A stretch of 64,000 bases of DNA from Bdellovibrionales bacterium (GCA_965217115.1 OZ244239.1:1888001-1952000); one strand, 5' to 3'. Positions 1 through 10,055 are shown, counted from the first letter of the stretch. Program-made: numbers and translations. The notes: generated by a model from the sequence alone, not told the origin.

Positions 1-31
1 GTCAACTCTTGTTAAATAGGGGTACTTTTCC

Positions 32-2446
32 GTGGAGACAGACTTAAAATCAGACGCTTCTAAAAATGTGAATGGAGAGGTTAAGAAGCTATCTAAAAGC
101 AGTCCCGTGCCTCAAAGGGGAGTGTTTACCGAAGAGGCGAGAAAGAAGAGATTGTCTTTTTTAACAAATCAAACAGGCTGTGATTTGAGTTCCCTGGAGG
201 AGATGAAACTTTTCCCAGAAGATCTTGCGGGAAACATAGAGTGTCTTGCTGGAGCAGTCGAGGTTCCTATTGGTATTGGTGGCCCACTTTTTATCCAGGG
301 GCAGGGCTGGAATGAAAATATTTATGCCCCTATTGCAACAACAGAAGGTGCCCTTATCTCCTCGGTGAATCGCGGAACAAGAGCTTTGAATATGAGTGGT
401 GGTGTGACCTCTCGAGTTTTGCGCCGTCGTATGAGTCGAGCACCTATTTTTGATTGTGGCTCTTTTATCCTGGCAATGAAATTAAAATCTTGGTTGCAGG
501 ATCACTTTGCCCAGTTACAAAATAAAATTAAGGAGTATTCCAATCATGGGACTCTGGTGGAGCTTGAATTTCGCCATGGAGGCCCTTGTCTACACGTTGT
601 TTTCTTATATGAAACAGGAGATGCGGCTGGGCAGAACATGACGACGGTTTGCACATGGCAGGCGAGTCAATGGATTCTGGCTCGCTACCAAGCTGAGACG
701 GGTGAGAAAATCATAGATTTTATGCTCGAAGCTAATATGAGTACGGATAAGAAAGCTTCGGTTCACTCCGCCTTGCAAGGCCGTGGGCGTGAAGCTATAG
801 CGGAGGTCTTAATTCCTGAGAAAGTTTTCTGTAGGGTGTTTCGTACAACTCCTGATCTCATTGTTAAAATGATGGCCCAGGCCCAGGCGGGACAAATATT
901 TACAGGAATGCAGGGGTTTAATATCAATGTGGCAAATATTATTGCGGGTCTTTTTACATCGACAGGTCAAGATATCGCCTGTGTCCATGAGTCGAGCATT
1001 GGGCAGTTTTATGTTGAAAAGAGAGACGAGGGTATTTATGCCAGTATGCATCTCCCTAATTTGGTGATTGGAACAGTTGGCGGCGGTGTGGGACTTCGGG
1101 TGCAACGGCAGATGCTTGAACTGATGGGTTGCTTTGGAAATGGAGGCGCAGATCGTTTAGCGGAAATTATCGCGAGCTATTGTTTGGCTTTAGACCTCTC
1201 AACGGCGACGTCTCTATTGAACGGACGTTTTGTGGGAGCCCATGAACGCTGGGGAAGGAATCGCACAAAAAATTGGTTGAAGAAATCGGAATTGAACACG
1301 GATTTTTTTAGTAACATTCTAAAATCCTCTTGTCTGGAAAAAGGGCCTGTTAAAAGAGTCACGGAGTTGGAGACAGTCAGTGGTGAGAGTTTTGTGATGA
1401 GTTTATCGACTGAAGTGACGAATCGACTTTGCGGACTTTGGATCTACGGCGTTAAATATGAAAATAATAGTTTTGAAGAACCTATATTTGTTAAATCAAA
1501 AGTGAAGGATGATGAACTTTTGCAGGCAACAGAGATGATGGCCCACCTTTGTGATAATGAGTTAGGAAAAAAAGTTGAGAGATTTCGGGCGTATAATCTC
1601 TTTAATAAATGTCATATTAAAGAATTGGAACTAGCTAGGTACGAGAGTGAATCTCTCAATGGAATTCGCCCTAAGACTTTGGGAGTTGAGTTACAAGAAG
1701 AGCGAGAGACCTATGTGTTAGTTCAAGAAATGATTCAAGGGGCTGAGTTATTAGATTGTGTCGATGAGAGAGAGGCTTGGTTAGAAGAGCACCTTAAAGA
1801 GGCTATTCGAGGAATATCCTGTGTCCATGGTGAGTACTTGGAGGCAACACAGGAGTTCATTACAAAAGAGTGGTTTGGGGTTATTCCATCGCGAGACTCA
1901 ATGGTTGAGATGACTCCCTTGTGGAAGGAACTGATCTCTTATATGAAAGAAGAATTCTGCGATTGGTTATCGCCTGAGATGGCTGTGAAGCATCAAAGCA
2001 TTATTGACTCGATCTCCACTTGGTGGGGAGAAATAGAATCAATGCCTAAGACATTGATTCACCACGATTTTAATTCTCGCAATATCACGTTTCAGCGTCG
2101 AGATGGAAAATTAAATTTATTGGCCTACGACTGGGAGTTGGCAACAGTTCATATCCCCCAAAGGGATGTGGTAGAGCTTCTGTGTTTTACATTGAATGGG
2201 GATTTTGATGTTTCTTTAGTTGATCAATTGATAGAATTTCATCGCCTGAATGTGGAAAGAGAGAGTGGGAAAAAAATCTGTTCTAAAAAATGGAGGCAAG
2301 GTTTTCTCTACTCGGCCTATGATTTTTTAATTTATCGCCTATCTCTTTATAGCATTGCCCATCGACACAGGGCTTGCTCGTTTTTAGAGCCATCTTATTG
2401 TACGACAATGAAATTGATTAACTTTTTGGAAATAGACGTAAAATGA
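32..2446 (+). CDS. Class I-like HMG-CoA reductase fused to a C-terminal APH/choline-kinase-like phosphotransferase domain
   Basis: HMGR motifs PIATTEG, GDAAGQN, TDKK, TGQD, GTVGGG and a C-terminal AH; after about aa 415, kinase motifs FVKSK, TLIHHDFNSRNI and AYDWELA. Confidence 0.9.
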   Translation: METDLKSDASKNVNGEVKKLSKSSPVPQRGVFTEEARKKRLSFLTNQTGCDLSSLEEMKLFPEDLAGNIECLAGAVEVPIGIGGPLFIQGQGWNENIYAPIATTEGALISSVNRGTRALNMSGGVTSRVLRRRMSRAPIFDCGSFILAMKLKSWLQDHFAQLQNKIKEYSNHGTLVELEFRHGGPCLHVVFLYETGDAAGQNMTTVCTWQASQWILARYQAETGEKIIDFMLEANMSTDKKASVHSALQGRGREAIAEVLIPEKVFCRVFRTTPDLIVKMMAQAQAGQIFTGMQGFNINVANIIAGLFTSTGQDIACVHESSIGQFYVEKRDEGIYASMHLPNLVIGTVGGGVGLRVQRQMLELMGCFGNGGADRLAEIIASYCLALDLSTATSLLNGRFVGAHERWGRNRTKNWLKKSELNTDFFSNILKSSCLEKGPVKRVTELETVSGESFVMSLSTEVTNRLCGLWIYGVKYENNSFEEPIFVKSKVKDDELLQATEMMAHLCDNELGKKVERFRAYNLFNKCHIKELELARYESESLNGIRPKTLGVELQEERETYVLVQEMIQGAELLDCVDEREAWLEEHLKEAIRGISCVHGEYLEATQEFITKEWFGVIPSRDSMVEMTPLWKELISYMKEEFCDWLSPEMAVKHQSIIDSISTWWGEIESMPKTLIHHDFNSRNITFQRRDGKLNLLAYDWELATVHIPQRDVVELLCFTLNGDFDVSLVDQLIEFHRLNVERESGKKICSKKWRQGFLYSAYDFLIYRLSLYSIAHRHRACSFLEPSYCTTMKLINFLEIDVK

Positions 2447-5064
2447 TTTTACAATCCTACAGAGATAAAGACACAGAGGTTGTAAATGAAGTGGGAGGCA
2501 AGGCAGCTAATTTAGCATGGCTGTCTGCCCGAGGATATCACGTCCCTAAATGGCGAGTGATACCAGCTAATTATTTCTTAGTAGATAAATCGAGCGAGAA
2601 ATCATTGGAGATAAATTCTGAAATTAAGGAATGGATGGATGGCTGTGGGTTGGACTCTATTGCTGTTCGTTCCTCTATGGTGGGAGAGGATAGCCGAGCT
2701 TGCTCTTTTGCGGGGCAGTTGAAATCTTACATGAATCTTAAAAATGCTGAGACCATTGAAAAAAAAATTGATGATTGTTATTTTAGCGCGTTCTCGGATT
2801 TGAATAAAAACTATCTAAAGAGACAGGAAATGAAGTCTGACTCTATTCGCATGTCAGTGATTCTCCAAGAGATGATTGAAGGTGAAAAATCAGGAGTTCT
2901 TTTTACGACAAATCCTGTCAACGGTTGTCGTGCAGAGTATGTGATTTCAGCAGGGTTTGGCTTAGGTGAAGGAATTGTCAGTGGTCAAGTTGATTGTGAT
3001 GAGTGGACTCTAAGCGCCTTAGATGGACAAGTGTTGAAATCAGAAATAACGACTAAGAAAAAAATAGTTAAGGCTGCAAGGGAAGGCATAGAGACAGAAG
3101 ATTTATCGACGGAACAGAGTTTGAGCCATGTTTTAAGCTCAGAGGAATTAGAAAAACTGTACCGCTTGGGAAAGAGTATAACCAAACAGAAGGGATACCC
3201 ACAAGATATCGAGTGGACGATAAAGGGCGAGAACCTGTACGTTTTGCAAACTCGTGATGTCGTGTCTCTAGCTGATGAAACTCCTGTAGGTGAGCCGTAT
3301 GTTTTTAATAACTCAAACATTCAAGAGAGCTTTTGTGGTTTAACGTCTCCGTTGACTTTTAGCTTTGCCCGAGAAGCTTACCATCAGGTGTATTCTCAAT
3401 TGATGGAGATTATGGGTTTTTCTCGTTTACAGGTTATGCAAGAAGATCGTCGCCATAGTCAGATGTTGGCTTTGGTTCGAGGACGGGTGTACTACAATAT
3501 CAATAGCTGGTATCGTGGTTTGTTGCTCTTGCCCTCTTTTGGACGGAATAAGAGAGATATGGAAAAAATGATGGGCATTGAAGAGCCCATTGATTTTGTT
3601 GTGGATTTAGAGTTGGGTTTTCTAGATAAAATCAAAAAAATCCCGCAGGTGCTTTTTTTGCTGATTCGGGTAGGAATCAAAATGGCTTTTATGCCGAAAC
3701 TTTTTTCACGCTTCCGTGCGCGCTTTTACACTGACTTAGAAGCTTTTAAGAAGGGTGGACTTTTTGGCCGCTCGGCAGAAGAGCTACAGGGAATTATAAA
3801 TGAAGCCAAAGAGTCTTTTCTAAAATCATGGGATGCTCCTGTGATTAATGATTTTTGCGTTATGATGTCCAGCGGTAAGGTGAGGCGTGAGTTAGAAAAG
3901 TTAGAGTCTGAAGAGCTCTATGGCGATGTTCTGGCAGGAGAAGATTTAGAGAGTGTAAACCCAACAAAAGAGTTAATTCGTATAAGTGATTATATTAAGT
4001 CAAAACCTGTTGTGAGATCGGCTTACTTAGAAAATGTAGACAATATGAGTGTTTGTCGATTAGAGAGAATAGATAAGAAATTGGCAGAGATGGTGGCGGG
4101 TTATATTGAAAAATATGGTGATCGAGTGATGGGGGAGCTGAAGTTAGAGTCCCTTTCATTACATGAAGACCCTAGTTTTGTTTTTCAGATAATAGGCTCT
4201 TTTTGTCAGGATGAAAAGTTAAACCTAAAAGACTGGCAATCAAGGGAACAGCAGAGAAGGGCGTCTTCGGAAAAACAGATCCGTCAGAAGATCGGTTTTT
4301 TGAAATGGTATTTTTTCAAGAAAAAATTAAATCAGTTAAGGCAGAGTGTTCGTTTTCGAGAGGCGATGCGTTTGGATCGAACACGGTCTTTTGGGTTTTT
4401 CCGTCAGGCTTATCGCGCTATGGGGTACGCTTTATTGAATCGTGGCTGTTTAGAGAAGTTAGAAGATATTTTTTATTTATCCACTGAAGAGATAGAGAGT
4501 TTTCTCTGTGGCCAAGCCTTCTTTGATAATCCAAAGAACTTGGTTCAACTACGAAAAGATCAGTATAAAAAGTGGGAAGAAGAGGATGCCCCCTGTCAGT
4601 TAGAGGGATGGGCGCCATTTTCCATGGAAAACTCTACAGAGAATCCATTGAATCCGTCATTACTGGATTCAGTGGAGTCGGAGGGTTTTCAGGGAGAAAA
4701 TTATTTCAAAGGCCTTGGTTGTTTTCCTGGGGTTGTTGAGGGGGAAGTGGTTGTTGTTCAAAATCCTCAACAGGCTCAAAATTTAAAAGGAAAAATTCTT
4801 TGTGCTGTGAGAACAGATCCAGGATGGACGCCTCTCTTTGTACAGATTAAGGGTCTATTAGTTGAGAGGGGTTCGAGTCTTTCACACTCGGCGATTGTTG
4901 CCCGTGAAATGGGTATCCCGACTGTTGTGGGAATTGCTAATTTAACAAAAATATTAAAGACAGGTGACCGTGTAAAGTTAGACGGTGCCCATGGTTTAGT
5001 TATAAAGGATGAAAGTGATGATGTTAGAACCTCGTCAAATCACAAAAACGAAACCACCCTATGA
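2443..5064 (+). CDS. PEP/pyruvate-binding (ATP-grasp) plus phospho-His swivel protein, RPH/PigC-like
   Basis: VGGKAANL, AVRSS, SFAGQ, GLGEGIVSG, QDIEW, LQTR; C-terminal TDPGWTPLF and LSHSAIVAREMGIP; ATGA overlap with the upstream gene. Confidence 0.9.
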   Translation: MILQSYRDKDTEVVNEVGGKAANLAWLSARGYHVPKWRVIPANYFLVDKSSEKSLEINSEIKEWMDGCGLDSIAVRSSMVGEDSRACSFAGQLKSYMNLKNAETIEKKIDDCYFSAFSDLNKNYLKRQEMKSDSIRMSVILQEMIEGEKSGVLFTTNPVNGCRAEYVISAGFGLGEGIVSGQVDCDEWTLSALDGQVLKSEITTKKKIVKAAREGIETEDLSTEQSLSHVLSSEELEKLYRLGKSITKQKGYPQDIEWTIKGENLYVLQTRDVVSLADETPVGEPYVFNNSNIQESFCGLTSPLTFSFAREAYHQVYSQLMEIMGFSRLQVMQEDRRHSQMLALVRGRVYYNINSWYRGLLLLPSFGRNKRDMEKMMGIEEPIDFVVDLELGFLDKIKKIPQVLFLLIRVGIKMAFMPKLFSRFRARFYTDLEAFKKGGLFGRSAEELQGIINEAKESFLKSWDAPVINDFCVMMSSGKVRRELEKLESEELYGDVLAGEDLESVNPTKELIRISDYIKSKPVVRSAYLENVDNMSVCRLERIDKKLAEMVAGYIEKYGDRVMGELKLESLSLHEDPSFVFQIIGSFCQDEKLNLKDWQSREQQRRASSEKQIRQKIGFLKWYFFKKKLNQLRQSVRFREAMRLDRTRSFGFFRQAYRAMGYALLNRGCLEKLEDIFYLSTEEIESFLCGQAFFDNPKNLVQLRKDQYKKWEEEDAPCQLEGWAPFSMENSTENPLNPSLLDSVESEGFQGENYFKGLGCFPGVVEGEVVVVQNPQQAQNLKGKILCAVRTDPGWTPLFVQIKGLLVERGSSLSHSAIVAREMGIPTVVGIANLTKILKTGDRVKLDGAHGLVIKDESDDVRTSSNHKNETTL

Positions 5065-7189
5065 GTTTGTAACAGATGAAACAGTTACAAACGGGATTAT
5101 TCCAGAGGAGAGTATTGCCTATCCTCTGTGGAAGGATCGTTTTTCTGAAGAAGATCGATTTTTCTTAGTTGCGGGTGGGCGGAGATCTTTGGCTCTGAGT
5201 CCGAAGCAAATATGGAGAGGAGCTTGCCGTTGGGCACAGCTCTTAGAGGCACAAACAGAGATGGGCGATAGAGTGTTAATTTCATTGGAAAATGGAAGAC
5301 ATTTTATTGAGATTTTCTTTGCATGCGTTCTCTCGGGAAGAATTGCGGTTCCTTTGGTTCATCATTTATTACTGGCAAAAAAAGAGTTCTACGATCTAAT
5401 ATTAGGAGTCCAGGGGGTTGTTGCAGGGAAGTTGATTGTTTCTGATCTATCAGCTTTTGAGTTTATTGATGGGACTCCATTGATTCATGTGGAAAAGCAG
5501 AAGCTCCCCTCTTTTGAAGAGCCCAAACAATGGAGAGGGCAGAACTCGCCTGAGGATCTGGCATTTATTCAATTTTCATCAGGAAGTACGTTACAACCCA
5601 AGGGAGTGATGCTTAGTCATCGAGCGGTTACTGAGAATATTCGACAGATCATAAAGGGGCTAGATGCAAGGCCTGATGATAAACTGGCGACATGGCTTCC
5701 TTTTTACCATGATATGGGGCTTATTGGTGGACTCTTAACTCCTATAACATATGGGAGTCCTGTTTTTCTTGCTGCCCCGACGGAGTTTATTCGATCACCA
5801 GAAGATTGGATGAGGCTAGTGAGTCAGGAGAGATGCACGGTTATCATGGGGCCTGACTTTTATTATCGGCAACTTGTTAAAAGAGTGTCCCAGCATTGCT
5901 TAGATGAAATTGATCTCTCTTGCGTGCGTGTTGCTATGTCAGGTGCTGAGCCTGTGAGTGCAAAGAACTGTCGAAATTTTCTTAGTTATTATTCCAAAAC
6001 AGGGCTAAAGAGTCATGTGATACTTCCTGTTTATGGCTTGGCTGAAAATTGTTTGGCTGTGACTTTTCCGAAGGTTGATGAAGAACTTCGAACCCTTCGC
6101 TTGAGTTCAGAATCCCTTATAAGGGGTCGAGGAACGAATCATTTTGTCGTTTTAAGTTCAGATATGAATAACTCCATTGAGATTGTGTCGTGTGGAAGAC
6201 CATTGCCTGGTGTTGAGGTGAGTATTGTAGATAGGGAAGGTCATTTATTAGTAGAGAGGCAATTAGGGGAAATTGTATTAGATTCTCAGAGCGCTGCCAG
6301 TGGGTATTATGGGCAGTCAATGGAGGGTGAGAGTTCTCTGTGTGATAATAGGATTGTGACAGGTGATCTTGGTTTTATGGACAGAGGAGAGCTTTTCATT
6401 GTCGGTCGAGTTAAAGATCAAATTATTTTAAATGGAAAAAACTTTGCCCCGATAGACTTTGAACGTCACCTTGTCGAATTAGATAAATCAGGATTTGGAA
6501 GAGTGGTTGCTGTGGGTTCTTCTTTGCAGGCAGGTGAAGAAGAGCGGGTAGTGATTCTTGTAGAGATGAAATCTCTTAACCCTTGGTTTCGTTTGCGAAT
6601 GAAGAGAAGGGCTAAAGAGGTCTTGAGAACCGTCGGGAACGGGACTCCCTGTGTGTATATTGTTCCATCAGGGGTGTTGCCGAGAACATCTAGTGGCAAA
6701 ATTAAGAGGTACAAGATTAAGGAGAGCATTCCCAGGGGGACCTATAGGTTTTATGACAGGTTTTTTGTATTAACTTGGTTGTTTACAAAGTTTAATCATT
6801 TGCCAGTGTATTTTCGTGTGTGGCAACGGTTGTCATCTCGACAGAATAGGAAATATTCTATGGAGCACTTAAAAAACTATTTTAAAAAATCAACCCGTGT
6901 AGAAGTAACGGGCAATGTGAACGAAAAAGAAGCTCTAGAGGTTTTTTTCCGCAATGAACTCGCCTCAGTGCTAAAGGTGAGGGCGTCTAAAATTCGACTT
7001 AAGCGTTCTTTTATAGATTATGATTTAGATTCTGTTGATGTTGTGGGCTTGAATGCTCGTTTAAAGGAGACTATTGTGAATATTCCTCTAGCGAGTTTCA
7101 TCCAATTTCAATCAGCAGAGGAGTTAATTAAATACCTGCTGAAGGAGTATAAAGATGAAGTTAGATGTTGGTATCAACGGAGAGCGTAA
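5009..7189 (+). CDS. Fatty acyl-AMP ligase (FAAL) with C-terminal acyl carrier domain
   Basis: FIQFSSGSTLQPKG, WLPFYHDMGLIG, YGLAE followed by a FAAL-type insertion, TGDLG, PRTSSGK; ACP-like DLDSVDVV near the C-terminus. Confidence 0.88.
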   Translation: MKVMMLEPRQITKTKPPYEFVTDETVTNGIIPEESIAYPLWKDRFSEEDRFFLVAGGRRSLALSPKQIWRGACRWAQLLEAQTEMGDRVLISLENGRHFIEIFFACVLSGRIAVPLVHHLLLAKKEFYDLILGVQGVVAGKLIVSDLSAFEFIDGTPLIHVEKQKLPSFEEPKQWRGQNSPEDLAFIQFSSGSTLQPKGVMLSHRAVTENIRQIIKGLDARPDDKLATWLPFYHDMGLIGGLLTPITYGSPVFLAAPTEFIRSPEDWMRLVSQERCTVIMGPDFYYRQLVKRVSQHCLDEIDLSCVRVAMSGAEPVSAKNCRNFLSYYSKTGLKSHVILPVYGLAENCLAVTFPKVDEELRTLRLSSESLIRGRGTNHFVVLSSDMNNSIEIVSCGRPLPGVEVSIVDREGHLLVERQLGEIVLDSQSAASGYYGQSMEGESSLCDNRIVTGDLGFMDRGELFIVGRVKDQIILNGKNFAPIDFERHLVELDKSGFGRVVAVGSSLQAGEEERVVILVEMKSLNPWFRLRMKRRAKEVLRTVGNGTPCVYIVPSGVLPRTSSGKIKRYKIKESIPRGTYRFYDRFFVLTWLFTKFNHLPVYFRVWQRLSSRQNRKYSMEHLKNYFKKSTRVEVTGNVNEKEALEVFFRNELASVLKVRASKIRLKRSFIDYDLDSVDVVGLNARLKETIVNIPLASFIQFQSAEELIKYLLKEYKDEVRCWYQRRA

Positions 7190-8120
7190 GAGAAAAGTTT
7201 TTTCTTTTTCATTAGAAGAACTGAATTATCGATCTGAGCATGAGTCCTTCGATTTAAAGAATATACAGTTTCAAGGAAGACCATCTCCTGATATTCCATG
7301 GATGCCTAATGATATGTTGCCAGTGTCGTATTTACCGGCTTTCAAGTTGTTGTCTGCTGAATTGAAAATGGTGTTTAATCAGGCTTATGCCCAAGCCATT
7401 TGTGAACAGTTTATATGGTTTGAGCAAGTTCTATTATGTAGCATTTTGAAAAAAACTCTTGATAAAAAACAATTACCTGCTGACTTAAGAACGTGTTTAC
7501 AGCATTTTTTTGACGAAGAGGATAAACATTCAGAACTTTTTTGGCGTGTATTAGAGTATTCTAATCCTGAGAGATATTTTGAGAGAAAGTTTTTTTATTA
7601 TCAGGCTAATATTGTGCAGACGAGCTTTATTAAGATGATAGCTAGCTATCCAGATAACTTTTTAGTTTGGATATGGTTGGCTATTTTCTTTGAAGAGAGA
7701 ACCATTGAGTTCAGTCGTAAGTATAAAGCTGTTGAAAAAACATTGGAACCCGTGTTTTCTCGGGCTCATTATTTACATCTCTTGGATGAATCTCGTCATG
7801 TCCAAATTGATCAGTACCTATTGGAGCAATTTTATAACAAAGCCTCTAAAAACAAACGTCGAGTCGCTTCTTGGATGTTAGAGTCAGTTTTAAAAGCCTA
7901 TATTTCTCCCCGGCGGGTGGCTTGCAATATTGTGAAGCACCTATCAACTAGATTTCCTGGGGAAAAGAAGGGGCTTGATAGGCTGGCATTGGAGCTGCCT
8001 CTCTTGCGCACCCATAGGGAATTTCAGTCAGCGACTTTTGGGCCAAGAGCTCTGCCGAGAACACACACTCTTTTGCGTAATTATGAAGAGATGTCTGATG
8101 TTCTTCATCTGCTGACCTGA
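7155..8120 (+). CDS. AurF/CylC-like ferritin-fold diiron oxygenase
   Basis: Metal-ligand pattern WFE...DEEDKH...FEE...HLLDESRH. Confidence 0.8.
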   Translation: MKLDVGINGERKRKVFSFSLEELNYRSEHESFDLKNIQFQGRPSPDIPWMPNDMLPVSYLPAFKLLSAELKMVFNQAYAQAICEQFIWFEQVLLCSILKKTLDKKQLPADLRTCLQHFFDEEDKHSELFWRVLEYSNPERYFERKFFYYQANIVQTSFIKMIASYPDNFLVWIWLAIFFEERTIEFSRKYKAVEKTLEPVFSRAHYLHLLDESRHVQIDQYLLEQFYNKASKNKRRVASWMLESVLKAYISPRRVACNIVKHLSTRFPGEKKGLDRLALELPLLRTHREFQSATFGPRALPRTHTLLRNYEEMSDVLHLLT

Positions 8121-8127
8121 TGTGCCG

Positions 8128-8280
8128 TTTTTTTTCTAGAGTCTCTCCCAAAAGAATCTAGCCCTTTTCTTGCTCAAACATCCGTTTGTCACCTTCCATT
8201 GCAGAGAAATGCAATGGAAGTCGCCAAGCCAAACTCGCCGAAAAGAACTGGATTCTTTTGGGAGAGACTCTAGAAAAAAA
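8128..8280. repeat. Long hairpin element, divergent member of the conserved-core repeat family
   Basis: Arms ttttctagagtctctcccaaaagaatc / gattcttttgggagagactctagaaaa around GCTCAAACA...CCAAACTCGC, with inner hairpin cttccattgca/tgcaatggaag. Confidence 0.85.
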
Positions 8281-8524
8281 GGACGTATTCAATCAATTGA
8301 GTCAATGGATCTATCTCTATGACTGACCTCCATGTATAACAACGCTGTTATCCATGGATCGTTTTAGAAAGAGAGCCCTCAAGATGAGTCTCTTGGGAAC
8401 AGTTCCACTATTTATCACAAAGAACCATACTTTAAGCCAGAAAGTAACCAGCTATTTGAAAGGGTAACCCTCAATATGAGGCAATTCGGCGTCATTATAG
8501 TTTCACGGTGAAAGAATATATTTT

Positions 8525-8552
8525 TAAAGGAATGCCCCCCATATTCCGATGA
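8525..8552 (+). promoter_or_regulatory. Putative sigma28 (FliA) promoter
   Basis: TAAA-N16-TCCGATGA, 31 nt upstream of ORF 8584. Confidence 0.55.
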
Positions 8553-8583
8553 GTCATAGAGCCTTTAAGGGGGGTATTTTAAT

Positions 8584-8871
8584 ATGGTTTTACAGGGAAA
8601 TTTACAGAATATGTTTGATGCTCTCTATCTCTTAGGAGCTATAGACCCCGTGTTGCAAATGGATTGGATGGAGGCTCTTGATGAGCTTGAGGAACAGTAT
8701 GAGCAACAGGCCCATGTGGAGGAAGTTATTACGGTGGTTTCCGATCACAATGGAGATGTCAATGAGTTGGCAGAGTCTTTGAAAAAATTTGACGACAGAA
8801 CTCTGGCTTATCTAGCGATGGAAGTCGCCAGGGAGTTTGCTAATTTCCATACGCGTGAGTATGTGCATTAA
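8584..8871 (+). CDS. Small acidic hypothetical protein
   Basis: Clean 95-aa ORF with purine-rich RBS and promoter-like motif upstream. Confidence 0.7.
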   Translation: MVLQGNLQNMFDALYLLGAIDPVLQMDWMEALDELEEQYEQQAHVEEVITVVSDHNGDVNELAESLKKFDDRTLAYLAMEVAREFANFHTREYVH

Positions 8872-8936
8872 AAGAGAGGATGGCAGCAGGATTTTTTTTT
8901 AATATTAACCAACACCCCATTAAAACTGTGTGAACT

Positions 8937-10055
8937 ATGTCTAAAGATCAATTAGGAATTTACAGAGAAGCCATTAAAAGTTTTCTAGCTCCCGTTTGGG
9001 GTTTCATGGAAGACGATAATGTCTCAGAGATTTTAATCAACGGACCTGGCGAGGTCTTTATTGAGATGAATGGCAAATTGAAGAAAGCGGAGGTTTGTTT
9101 TGAGAGTGAAGATGCTTTACGTGCGGCAGTGAACAATATTGCCCAAAGTGTGAATCGTCGTATAGATGATGACAACCCTCGTCTAGACGCAAGATTGCCC
9201 GATGGGTCAAGAATTTCTGTGGTGATACCTCCCTGTTCTTTACAGGGAACAGTCGTGAGTATTCGTAAATTCACACAGACTGATATTTCTTTCCGCGATT
9301 ATATTAAATCTGGTTCGATCACTCAGGAAGGAGCCCAGTTTTTAGATGTGAGTATGTTTTTGGGAAAAAATATCTTAGTCAGCGGTGGTACGGGGTCAGG
9401 AAAGACAACTTTGTTAAGTCTTTTATGCAACCGTATTCCTAAGGGGCAAAGACTCATTGTGATTGAAGATTCGGCTGAGTTGCAGATCAATTATGAGCAT
9501 GTTTTAAAATTTGAAACGCGCATGGCTGATGAGCTGGGCAAGGGCGCGGTGACGATTCGTGATTTGGTAAAGAGCAGTTTGCGTTTGCGACCAGATCGTA
9601 TCATCGTGGGTGAGGTTCGTAGTGCTGAGGCCTTGGATCTTTTGAATGCGATGAACACGGGTCACAAGGGTTGCATGGGAACAGTTCATGCCAATTCTCC
9701 AGAGGATGCGATTGTGAGGTTGGAGGCTCTGGCTCAGGGCGGAGACTCTCAGATCAGTGAGAAAGCTCTGCGTTATCAGGTGGCAGCAGGAATTGAATTA
9801 ATCGTGCAGGTCTCAAGATATTCAGATGGCTCCCGTCGTATTGCTGCGATATCAGAAGTGTTGGGGTTTAACGATGATGGAAATTACCATGTAGAGCCTA
9901 TTTTTATGATGTCTCATTTGGTGCGCGGGACTGATGGAAAGTTGCAAGGACAATTGGAACCCGTGGGAAGATTGCCTTCGTATATGGATGAAATCGAGGA
10001 TAATCGCCTGCCCTTTGGCAGAGAGCTGCTTCTGAAACCGGAAAAAGCCGCCTAG
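8937..10055 (+). CDS. cpaF: CpaF/TadA-family secretion ATPase
   Basis: DARLPDGSR, Walker A GGTGSGKTT, LRLRPDRIIVGEVR, AMNTGH, TVHANS. Confidence 0.93.
   Translation: MSKDQLGIYREAIKSFLAPVWGFMEDDNVSEILINGPGEVFIEMNGKLKKAEVCFESEDALRAAVNNIAQSVNRRIDDDNPRLDARLPDGSRISVVIPPCSLQGTVVSIRKFTQTDISFRDYIKSGSITQEGAQFLDVSMFLGKNILVSGGTGSGKTTLLSLLCNRIPKGQRLIVIEDSAELQINYEHVLKFETRMADELGKGAVTIRDLVKSSLRLRPDRIIVGEVRSAEALDLLNAMNTGHKGCMGTVHANSPEDAIVRLEALAQGGDSQISEKALRYQVAAGIELIVQVSRYSDGSRRIAAISEVLGFNDDGNYHVEPIFMMSHLVRGTDGKLQGQLEPVGRLPSYMDEIEDNRLPFGRELLLKPEKAA

Noticed and set aside
2443..5064. Housekeeping PEP synthase (ppsA)
   Set aside because: The His domain is C-terminal and there is no pyruvate-binding barrel after it
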